Virus record (IMG/VR): IMGVR_UViG_3300033475_000013
Location: 1-64,000 of that record
Direction: 5' to 3' (one strand)
Source of the DNA: a virus
Taxonomy: Duplodnaviria; Caudoviricetes
Length of the DNA: 64,000 nt
In this document: positions 1-7,675 of the stretch, piece after piece
Layout: each line of letters starts with the position of its first letter
Position numbering within the stretch: the first letter of the stretch is position 1
Translations under genes and position numbers: made by a program
Notes under the pieces: model-generated
Seen by the model: only the letters and a program-made list of their open reading frames with translations
What the model was told of the DNA's origin: nothing
Database searches by the model: none

Positions 1-2
1 CA

Positions 3-515
3 AAACTCAATCATTGGGTAGATGATTCCAGTAAGTTATTTCAGAAATATATCGTGATGCACATTGATGACACAGCGATGGAGCATCGGAATGTGCATGG
101 TGTTAACTGGAATATTGTGGCAATCTTTTTAGAGACGAAAGGATACACTGTATTCCAAATCGGTACAGGTAAACATAGAGGAGGCATCAAATTTAATACA
201 CCGGCCACTATGTTATCTTATGCTATCGCCGGGGCTGATTATTTTATTGGTATTGATAGTGGGAATGCCCACATCGCTGTTGGCCTTGGCATTGAATCAT
301 TCATAATCTCAGGAAGTGTTGATCTTAAAAACAGGTATGCTGATTTTAGTAAGATCCATGTTATTCAGAAGGCGTGTCCGATTGGTAATGATGGTTGCTA
401 TCACTCTGTAGTTGGAGTAAGTGGTGTTGATTGTGCTGTAGATAAGAAGACTCCTCCATGTATTACGTTTACGACTGAAGAAATTATTGCTAAACTAAAC
501 GAAGTTATAAAATGA
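3..515 (+). CDS. Glycosyltransferase family 9 (heptosyltransferase-like), 5'-truncated by the window edge
   Basis: Frame is open from position 3. ADYFIGIDSGNAHIAVGLG matches the GT9/WaaF-WaaC DSGxxHxAxA motif; C-terminal Cys-rich segment as in many GT9s. Confidence 0.8.
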   Translation, partial: KLNHWVDDSSKLFQKYIVMHIDDTAMEHRNVHGVNWNIVAIFLETKGYTVFQIGTGKHRGGIKFNTPATMLSYAIAGADYFIGIDSGNAHIAVGLGIESFIISGSVDLKNRYADFSKIHVIQKACPIGNDGCYHSVVGVSGVDCAVDKKTPPCITFTTEEIIAKLNEVIK

Positions 516-1033
516 GGACTTATCATTCAGAAGCCGACAAGGTTAGAGATTTGCCACAAGTAATGCAATACATTATTGGTAGCATTATAGATTTTGGTTG
601 TGGGGATTCAAAAATTACTCCAGACGCAAAAGGTGTAGATGGAAGACCACTACCTGGAGTCGATTATGTTACTGACAATCCATTGATACTTGATTTCATA
701 GGAGAAAAATTTGATACGGTATTTTCATCTCACTTCCTTGAGCATTTATCTGATCAATACTCAGCTATTGAGTGTTGGGGTGATGCATTAAATATTGGTG
801 GTCATCTTGTCCTATATCTTCCTGATGGTGACCATTACGATAATAAAGAAAACCTGGAGCACATGGTCGATATAAAATATGATCCATTTATATTCTGGAT
901 TAAGCGCGCATTCTGCGGAGAAGGGAAAGATTTTCGAGGAGATCATTTACCAAAAGTTTTTGATTTAGTTGACTCAGGAATGGACTTGAGAGAAGGGTGT
1001 TATTCATTTTATGTTATACTTCGAAAGGTATGA
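512..1033 (+). CDS. Class I SAM-dependent methyltransferase
   Basis: IIDFGCG SAM-binding motif I; FDTVFSSHFLEH (Methyltransf_11-like). Confidence 0.85.
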   Translation: MRTYHSEADKVRDLPQVMQYIIGSIIDFGCGDSKITPDAKGVDGRPLPGVDYVTDNPLILDFIGEKFDTVFSSHFLEHLSDQYSAIECWGDALNIGGHLVLYLPDGDHYDNKENLEHMVDIKYDPFIFWIKRAFCGEGKDFRGDHLPKVFDLVDSGMDLREGCYSFYVILRKV

Positions 1034-1278
1034 GTGTTGAATCAATTTTTTCTGATCACTATGATGATCTTTCGATTGAAGCACAGGTGCATCTTAAAAA
1101 AATTTATGAATGGTACTTAGTTCATCCTGATGGATTTCTGCCTAAAGGAGTAGAATTGAATGATAAGCAGTTGAAAGTATTAATTTACAATATTTCATTG
1201 TTGTCAGCATGGGCAATAGATGATGAATTGCCTCTGGTAATACTCGATGATTTTATTAAACCACTATCCGATAATTAA
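1030..1278 (+). CDS. Hypothetical protein
   Basis: ATG at 1030 overlaps the previous stop; fills the operon. Confidence 0.55.
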   Translation: MSVESIFSDHYDDLSIEAQVHLKKIYEWYLVHPDGFLPKGVELNDKQLKVLIYNISLLSAWAIDDELPLVILDDFIKPLSDN

Positions 1279-1279
1279 A

Positions 1280-1903
1280 ATGACAGAACAAGAATTAATG
1301 TATGCCTCAGAGGAGGACATCGCTTTTTTCCATAAATGCACTATCGGATTGCCTTCTGCTGCTGGATTTTCAGGTACAGGATTTGATGCTAGTGGTAATA
1401 GGATTCCCTTCGGATGTGGGCCACATTCTGTTAGATGCTTACGTGAAATTGTTGACTTTGTAAAACCATCTGGTATTATTGAGGTTGGATTAAATTGCGG
1501 ATGGTCTTCATCTATGTGGTTAGAATTGGCACCTAATGCTAAAGTTCTATCTATAGATATAAGTGATAAAGCTGAAACAATGGAGGCAGGAAGTATATTA
1601 TTACATAGGTATTCACCACGATTTGAATTTATGATTTGTGATAGTGCAAAAGCATTCGAGAAATGGCCTAGCACACTTGAATCTGTAAACGCAGATCTTA
1701 TCTTCATAGATGGGGGACATCTGGAGCATCACGTAATGGCCGATATTAAACTCGCTCTTGATCTAAAAATTAAGTGGCTGGCTTTCGATGACATCCTTGA
1801 GCAGTTTGGCCCAGGAGTATTGCCTGCTATCGCAAAGTATCCTGAACTTGAAGAAGTGAAGACACTCGGCAATATTGCTCTATATAAAAACACATCAATA
1901 TGA
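1280..1903 (+). CDS. Class I SAM-dependent methyltransferase (Methyltransf_24-like)
   Basis: IIEVGLNCGWSS motif I; DLIFIDGGH..VMAD and LAFDD motifs. Confidence 0.85.
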   Translation: MTEQELMYASEEDIAFFHKCTIGLPSAAGFSGTGFDASGNRIPFGCGPHSVRCLREIVDFVKPSGIIEVGLNCGWSSSMWLELAPNAKVLSIDISDKAETMEAGSILLHRYSPRFEFMICDSAKAFEKWPSTLESVNADLIFIDGGHLEHHVMADIKLALDLKIKWLAFDDILEQFGPGVLPAIAKYPELEEVKTLGNIALYKNTSI

Positions 1904-2832
1904 GTAAAACTTTAGGCGGCGTTACAATGGCATGGAACGCAATTTCACAGGACTATTCAATTATCGAATGTCTTGAGTGTTTATACCAATTATGCGATGC
2001 TGTATCAATTTCTTTTGGTGGTGATGATGGAACAACAGAACTTGTCTCTAAATGGATTTTTGATAAATTATCAGATAGACCATTTAAACCTGTAATTTCT
2101 CACTACATCTCACAGGCACAATGGCTTGAGCAAAAAGGTAGAGAGAAACTTTCTTATTTCAGCAACATAGCTATTGAACTATTGAACACTGATTATTTTT
2201 ATTATCAACAAGCTGATGAGATCACGCACCAAGATTCCTTTCCATTCATCCGCCAAGCAATAGAAACTAATCAAGAAGCATTCTTAATCCATCGCCTCAA
2301 CTGTTGGCACTCTGCTTACACAGTACTTAATGTAGAGCATAACCGAAAGCCAGTAAGCACACATGTAATCAGGCTTGCTAAGAAGCAATACCGCTGCATA
2401 GATGATGCTGAGTCAGTCATGGCATCAGCGTCTACAGACTTTATTGATCAGATTAGAATGTATCATGTTGGATTTGTACGCGATAAGGATAAGCATCTGG
2501 TTAAGATAAAAAATATGCAGGAAGAAGTATTTCTTTTTGCTGAAGCGGATAGAAGGATACATGATTGTCCAGATGGTTTTGATGCTTGGAAATTTGGATT
2601 CAAACCTGAAGATGTAGAGCCAATAAAAGAGCCGCTGCCAAAGTTTATTAAGGAGTGGGCTGAATACAGGTTAGTTTCTCCTTTTAAGGATAGCGATTTT
2701 GAAATGGCTAAAGAGTGGCTTAGTTCTATGGTTGATAAAAACCTATTTTATGATTTGATAATCAAAGATCAAAAATCATTAATATCATTAGCTAATAATT
2801 TGTGGTGGAATCTAGCTAAACAATATCAATAG
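1900..2832 (+). CDS. GT-A fold (family 2-like) glycosyltransferase
   Basis: N-terminal strand/helix pattern with DDGT; YYQQADE DxD-like motif; YHVGFVR late motif; lies in the GT/MTase cluster. Confidence 0.65.
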   Translation: MSKTLGGVTMAWNAISQDYSIIECLECLYQLCDAVSISFGGDDGTTELVSKWIFDKLSDRPFKPVISHYISQAQWLEQKGREKLSYFSNIAIELLNTDYFYYQQADEITHQDSFPFIRQAIETNQEAFLIHRLNCWHSAYTVLNVEHNRKPVSTHVIRLAKKQYRCIDDAESVMASASTDFIDQIRMYHVGFVRDKDKHLVKIKNMQEEVFLFAEADRRIHDCPDGFDAWKFGFKPEDVEPIKEPLPKFIKEWAEYRLVSPFKDSDFEMAKEWLSSMVDKNLFYDLIIKDQKSLISLANNLWWNLAKQYQ

Positions 2833-2857
2833 TTCGCTTTACGATGAGCGATAACGT

Positions 2858-3295
2858 TTATTTCTTTAGTTTTTCAATTTGTTCAATATAGTTTTCAAGA
2901 GCTTCCATATAATCCCAAAGATCGCTATCTTCACTATAATCAGATCTTAATGGCTTTCTCAGTATTTGTTCTTTCGGTTCCTCTTCTTTAGCAAGCTTTA
3001 GGATTGCTACTTTCTTGTACTCACCCATACAAATATGATCGTAATTGGTACAATATTCATTGTATTTAGGCTCACATTGACTGCAAATTTCTTTCACTTC
3101 ATACTCAAATCCCTCTACTTGGAATGTCTGACCATTTTTAAGGCCATATTGATTTGTGTAAGCAAACTCATTTGGTGCACCACGCCATTTTAAAGTTGCG
3201 TTAAGTATTTCCGGATTATCAATTCTAATGTTCACACCATCAATAAAAGCGTAGAACACATTAGGAGATTCGAATAGAATAGTTAAAGTTTTCAT
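2858..3295 (-). CDS. Hypothetical phage protein
   Basis: ORF in tightly packed minus-strand operon. Confidence 0.6.
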   Translation of the reverse strand: MKTLTILFESPNVFYAFIDGVNIRIDNPEILNATLKWRGAPNEFAYTNQYGLKNGQTFQVEGFEYEVKEICSQCEPKYNEYCTNYDHICMGEYKKVAILKLAKEEEPKEQILRKPLRSDYSEDSDLWDYMEALENYIEQIEKLKK

Positions 3296-3678
3296 GGCTT
3301 CGAGTTTTTGTATTCTTCCATTGCTTTAAGCAAAGCAGAATTGAATTCATCATTTAAAGTTCCAATATCAATGCCATTTTCAAATAGAATAGTTGTTGCC
3401 GATTTATATTGTATCCGATCTATCTCAGCAGCAATAAAAGCACCAGCAACTTTTAGACAATGAATTCTATCTTTTTCTATCCTTTCACGAATAGACCAAG
3501 CCCAATCAGGTGCGGGTAATTGACATGGCATTCCGTCTTTAGCTATAAAAGCAATTGCGCATGCAGCACGGATCAAATCTGAGTCAGGGTATTTTCTAAT
3601 ATCATCTTCAATAGAATATCCGTGTTTTGAAATTTGTTCAGAACGCTCTTCAGCGATTAATTCAATTCCTGTTTTCAT
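3292..3678 (-). CDS. Conserved phage hypothetical protein; paralogue of 38004..38294
   Basis: TGIELIAxER...AGAFIAAEIDR is nearly identical to the 38 kb ORF. Confidence 0.75.
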   Translation of the reverse strand: MKTGIELIAEERSEQISKHGYSIEDDIRKYPDSDLIRAACAIAFIAKDGMPCQLPAPDWAWSIRERIEKDRIHCLKVAGAFIAAEIDRIQYKSATTILFENGIDIGTLNDEFNSALLKAMEEYKNSKP

Positions 3679-3726
3679 AATTATTATTTTTTCATAGTTC
3701 TAATAGAATGTTGAGTACTTTGGTTT

Positions 3727-4155
3727 TTAGGGCTTGGAATATCTACAACTATTCTCACATTTTGGGTTACTATCACAATACATAAAAGGGCAACCATTTA
3801 ATGATGTTGCTTTCGTTTTATAGAATTCATCAGACTCTATTTCCTTCTTAAGCTTAAGAAAACGTTCATATTTTTCAAGCCTTCTTTTAGTCAGAAGTTC
3901 AGGGTTTAACAATTCAAGAATTTTATCCGAAGAATCATAATTACTTATGACCTGAATTATCTCTCTATTAGGCGATTCACCTATAAAAATAATCAAATCA
4001 TCTTCTGATATTCTTCTTTTTATTTTGTTAATGAATACAAAATCTTCATAAGAATTATCAGATTCTCCAAACGCACCATGACCATTTGTCAATATCCTAC
4101 TATGGATTAATCCTAAAGTTTTAGCTTCTTTTTTAGTTATTATTTGTGCTTTCAT
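3727..4155 (-). CDS. Hypothetical protein
   Basis: ORF in operon. Confidence 0.6.
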   Translation of the reverse strand: MKAQIITKKEAKTLGLIHSRILTNGHGAFGESDNSYEDFVFINKIKRRISEDDLIIFIGESPNREIIQVISNYDSSDKILELLNPELLTKRRLEKYERFLKLKKEIESDEFYKTKATSLNGCPFMYCDSNPKCENSCRYSKP

Positions 4156-4373
4156 GGTTCAACTGTTTCGATTAGTTCAAGAAATCTTTTACATTCACTG
4201 ATTTGAATATCAATTTTATTCCATTGATCATTGACTAAAGCAATTTGTTCAAGCTCAGATATTCTCTTTTCAATATCTCTTTTAAGGGATGATTTGAAGT
4301 CGTCACGACCTTGTATGTAATCAAGTCCTTTATGGAGATCTATCCAAGCTTGTTTAGCTTTCTCCTTTGTCAT
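4152..4373 (-). CDS. Hypothetical protein
   Basis: ORF with 4-nt overlap to the next gene. Confidence 0.55.
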   Translation of the reverse strand: MTKEKAKQAWIDLHKGLDYIQGRDDFKSSLKRDIEKRISELEQIALVNDQWNKIDIQISECKRFLELIETVEP

Positions 4374-4456
4374 AATAAAAATCGGGTTAACCCCACACCC
4401 GAAGGCCTAAACTGTGCGATACTTCGCTGTACTGGACTCTACGTCACATGACGCTA
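4374..4456 (-). ncRNA. 5-nt-periodic (NGY-NN)9 array A plus 3' hairpin; candidate vrRNA-like guide
   Basis: Minus strand: cGTca tGTga cGTag aGTcc aGTac aGCga aGTat cGCac aGTtt aGGCCT, then hairpin CGGGT-GTGGGGTTA-ACCCG and a T-rich tail. Confidence 0.8.
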
Positions 4457-5026
4457 TTATAATAATTTTATAGTCGTTAACTCAAATCGTCCGAACATAC
4501 CATTATTTGAAGGCCTAAATGAGCCTATCCCAACATATTTACCAGCATACTCAATGATTTGTTCGATAGTCTGAATAGTGATTGAGTCCTCGTCAATTGA
4601 AAGCGTGAATTCAGCGCTCCATTCAGACCATTTTGGACGAACAACGATTACACGAGCCTTTACATTCCTATTGACAGCAGATCGTTTATCGATGCTATCA
4701 AAATCTGGCAATAATATTTGGTCAGGCGAAACCATAAACATAGCTGCCACTATCTGTTTCATGGATTTTGAACGGCCACCAACTTTAGCTTTCACGTAAG
4801 AACCTGCTGCAATTAATGCCCCTCTAATTTGTTCAGATGGTATAAAACATTGTTCATCGGAATTTCGATAGCAATGATATTCCGCACGAACAAGATCCTC
4901 TTTTACTAACTCTGGACGTTCATGAATTGGGCCTCGTTGCTTCTCCCATTGCTCAAGCTTTTGATCATCCATACGGTGTTGCATGTATGGTGTAATTCCT
5001 TTAATTTTTACTTTGTATATTTTCAT
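4457..5026 (-). CDS. Stand-alone RAMP/Cas7-like (RRM-fold) protein, Vipr-like
   Basis: N-terminal strand YKVKIKGITPYMQH; FIPSEQIRGAL (RAMP IPxxxxxGxl motif); RPKWSEWSAEFTL; C-terminal Gly-rich loop GKYVGIGSFRPSNNGMFGRF. No other cas genes nearby. Confidence 0.75.
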   Translation of the reverse strand: MKIYKVKIKGITPYMQHRMDDQKLEQWEKQRGPIHERPELVKEDLVRAEYHCYRNSDEQCFIPSEQIRGALIAAGSYVKAKVGGRSKSMKQIVAAMFMVSPDQILLPDFDSIDKRSAVNRNVKARVIVVRPKWSEWSAEFTLSIDEDSITIQTIEQIIEYAGKYVGIGSFRPSNNGMFGRFELTTIKLL

Positions 5027-5033
5027 AAAATTG

Positions 5034-5115
5034 GATCACTTTACCCCACAATGATCAGAGGCCATTACTTGACTACACTTCGCCCCACATCGCTTGGCTT
5101 TGCAACGCATCAGCA
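5034..5115 (-). ncRNA. 5-nt-periodic (NGY-NN)9 array B plus 3' hairpin; candidate vrRNA-like guide
   Basis: Minus strand: tGCgt tGCaa aGCca aGCga tGTgg gGCga aGTgt aGTca aGTaa tGGCCT, then hairpin GATCAT-TGTGGGGTAAA-GTGATC. Confidence 0.8.
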
Positions 5116-5142
5116 TAAGTTTTTAAAGTTTAACTGAGTCTT

Positions 5143-5829
5143 TTAAAATTTAATCAATGCCCATTGCATTCCGATACCTACACTTGGTCTATTCTGAATC
5201 GGATCATAACCAACGTAAGGCCCTATACTGAATCGCTTGTCCTTGTAATCCTTCATCAGCACACTGGTGCTATTGGTGATTTTTGCATTCGGATTACCAA
5301 GCATTCCAGAGCCATACAATCGTTCTTTACCGAACAACCACTTTTTCTTTGTACTCATGGTCATTGTGATCACGTCAGAGTAGGTGTATTTATATGGCGC
5401 ATGTAAACTGTCATAGATAGTAGCACGGAAAGCCAGGTATCCGTCCGACACATTCAAGTGCGTAGAATCCATGGACCTTCCAGTACTATCTGTGTAGTGG
5501 TTGTGCGTGATATAAGAATTGCCAGAGCCATGAGCAGTAAATCCTGCCTGCATCACAGCCTTAACTGATTTGAGTTCGATGCCCATCTGCTCGATTTGCC
5601 TAGCTAAGACAGGATAATTTTTTTCAAGGTCTTTTGCTTTCATTTCAGCAGCAAACTTCTCTGCCACCAGTTGACCATTCTTTGTTTTGTGATAATGTAT
5701 AGAGTCGTTCTTCTCAGCAACAACAGATGAGAGTGATTGTTTATCATCCTGAAGGACGTTGACGCGGTGCAGAAGGAAAGCAATGATGAGAATTGCTATG
5801 ATAGTGATTATGATGACGTACTTGTTCAT
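5143..5829 (-). CDS. Membrane-anchored protein, putative spanin-like lysis protein
   Basis: N-terminal TM helix, coiled coil, beta-rich region, C-terminal FSIGPYVGY...GIGMQWALIKF. Confidence 0.45.
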   Translation of the reverse strand: MNKYVIIITIIAILIIAFLLHRVNVLQDDKQSLSSVVAEKNDSIHYHKTKNGQLVAEKFAAEMKAKDLEKNYPVLARQIEQMGIELKSVKAVMQAGFTAHGSGNSYITHNHYTDSTGRSMDSTHLNVSDGYLAFRATIYDSLHAPYKYTYSDVITMTMSTKKKWLFGKERLYGSGMLGNPNAKITNSTSVLMKDYKDKRFSIGPYVGYDPIQNRPSVGIGMQWALIKF

Positions 5830-6203
5830 AATGGTATACCATTTATAATGTTATTGACTTTAATTATTCGTTCTAATTCAGACTCTTGATTTACATCAAC
5901 ATCTTCTCGTCCGCAGATTTTATACAAAAATTGTATGTAATAAACTTGTGTTAATAATCTCTGAATGAGATAATAATTTTCCGGAACCATAATGTTCAAT
6001 GAAGGATCGTGATGATCAATTTCTACTACATGAACTTTATACCACACTCCATCCCTTTCTATTCTAATCAAAGTGCTAGCGTATGTTTTGCTATTTTGTT
6101 TTTCAATTAGAATATCAGGATAGATAGGCGATCGCTCTTTAAGAGTGTAAATTTTTTGTTTGAATTTATCAGCATCTGAACAAATCTCTTGTAATGACTT
6201 CAT
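5826..6203 (-). CDS. Hypothetical protein
   Basis: ORF in operon. Confidence 0.55.
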   Translation of the reverse strand: MKSLQEICSDADKFKQKIYTLKERSPIYPDILIEKQNSKTYASTLIRIERDGVWYKVHVVEIDHHDPSLNIMVPENYYLIQRLLTQVYYIQFLYKICGREDVDVNQESELERIIKVNNIINGIPL

Positions 6204-6466
6204 GATTTTTGTTGGTTAATCTCTAATTCAATAGTTATCTCGTTAATATCCATCAAAGGCTCAAACCATGTTTGAGGAAAACATGCAATACGCCCATCAT
6301 TTCTCGGGCTGAATTGATGCTCGACCAATCCTATACTATTAGGAAAAGTAGATGAGTATTTTTTTACAGTGACTATATCACCATAACCAGGGCCTTTAAA
6401 TATACCTAACCACATACCGGTAGGATGAGTACACACAACTTGCTGGCCTTCTTTGAATCTTTTCAT
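6200..6466 (-). CDS. Hypothetical protein
   Basis: ORF in operon. Confidence 0.55.
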   Translation of the reverse strand: MKRFKEGQQVVCTHPTGMWLGIFKGPGYGDIVTVKKYSSTFPNSIGLVEHQFSPRNDGRIACFPQTWFEPLMDINEITIELEINQQKS

Positions 6467-7041
6467 ACCATCTTCTCAATTAACCCACACAAAATATGAA
6501 TGATCTGAATATGTATGCCTTGAATGGGTCCGGCGTACCCTTCATGCGGCACTCTGATCTCAACATCAGCAGGACCAAGTAAATCCTGTATCGTGCCTCC
6601 ATCATTACCAGACAAAAATACGACATACATGTTCTTTTGAATAGCGGTCTGCACAGCCGCGAACACATTCTCTGAATTACCTGATGTAGAGATGGCCACC
6701 AGTACATCCTCTGGTCGTCCATGTGCCTCGATCCACCTGGAGAACACGCGATGGTAACCATAGTCATTAGCCACGCAGCTGAGATGTCCAGGATCACTTA
6801 TAGCGATAGCAGGAATTGGTTTACGGTCATCTTTATAGCGTCCAGTTAACTCGCTTGCAAAGTGCATAGCATCCGACATGGAGCCACCATTGCCGCAGGT
6901 GATGATCTTGTTACCTTTTTTGATGCTTGATGCCATCAGCATTGCGGCATTCTCTATAGCTTTGATGTTCGTAGAATCGGCGATGAACTTATTCAGCAGG
7001 CGTGCTGATGACATGAGTTCGTGTAGGATTTCTTTTTTCAT
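6463..7041 (-). CDS. gmhA: Phosphoheptose (sedoheptulose-7-phosphate) isomerase
   Basis: [37 protein letters not shown] and [12 protein letters not shown] follow the GmhA/LpcA SIS-domain signature. Confidence 0.95.
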   Translation of the reverse strand: MKKEILHELMSSARLLNKFIADSTNIKAIENAAMLMASSIKKGNKIITCGNGGSMSDAMHFASELTGRYKDDRKPIPAIAISDPGHLSCVANDYGYHRVFSRWIEAHGRPEDVLVAISTSGNSENVFAAVQTAIQKNMYVVFLSGNDGGTIQDLLGPADVEIRVPHEGYAGPIQGIHIQIIHILCGLIEKMV

Positions 7042-7343
7042 GATTTTTTATTTAGAAAATCTTCAATTTGATCATTTAATATAGTAGCCCTATCAGGAAG
7101 GAATGCTAAAGATAAAGTCAATAATTCCTTTGCTTTTGATAGTTCTAATTCCAAATCCTTTTGCTTAGATTCAAGAGAGGTGAGGTCTCTTTGCATTGGA
7201 ATCACAAAATTGCTAAACATCTGTTTCAGCATAACTTTACATTCTTGTTTATCCATTGGTGTAGTCCCAGGAGCCTCAATAGAAACACCAATATGAGCGA
7301 AGATGTATTTATCCAGTGAATCTTCAAATTCTTGTTGTGTCAT
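7038..7343 (-). CDS. Hypothetical protein
   Basis: ORF in operon. Confidence 0.55.
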   Translation of the reverse strand: MTQQEFEDSLDKYIFAHIGVSIEAPGTTPMDKQECKVMLKQMFSNFVIPMQRDLTSLESKQKDLELELSKAKELLTLSLAFLPDRATILNDQIEDFLNKKS

Positions 7344-7675
7344 ATTCCTAATTCTTTTTTAATGTCCTTATACGTTCTGCATGGCTCAGCCTTTCTAATC
7401 TTCACCACTTTCATCAATAGCTTCAAGTCATCATAACCCATGTTTTCACTCCGATTCATCCTGCGCCGGATTTCAAGATGCCTGATCATCCGCTGAATTT
7501 TATCATGTTTCAATCCGAGAATAGCAGAGACTTCAAGTGAGGTGAAATATGTTTTCGCTATCCATCCATGCAATTGAAAGTCATACCAGAATAGTTTCTT
7601 CGCTGTCTTGACATACACAGTGTCAGAAGTTGGTGGATGCTTTTTAAGGTCATGGAGAGAATTTATTATTTGCAT
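7340..7675 (-). CDS. Hypothetical protein, possible HTH
   Basis: FTSLEVSAILGLKHDKIQRMI is HTH-like. Confidence 0.5.
   Translation of the reverse strand: MQIINSLHDLKKHPPTSDTVYVKTAKKLFWYDFQLHGWIAKTYFTSLEVSAILGLKHDKIQRMIRHLEIRRRMNRSENMGYDDLKLLMKVVKIRKAEPCRTYKDIKKELGI

Noticed and set aside
4374-5115. Canonical CRISPR-Cas locus around the Cas7-like gene
   Set aside because: No 25-40-nt repeats with spacers and no cas1/2/3/5/6/8. The flanks are period-5 arrays instead.
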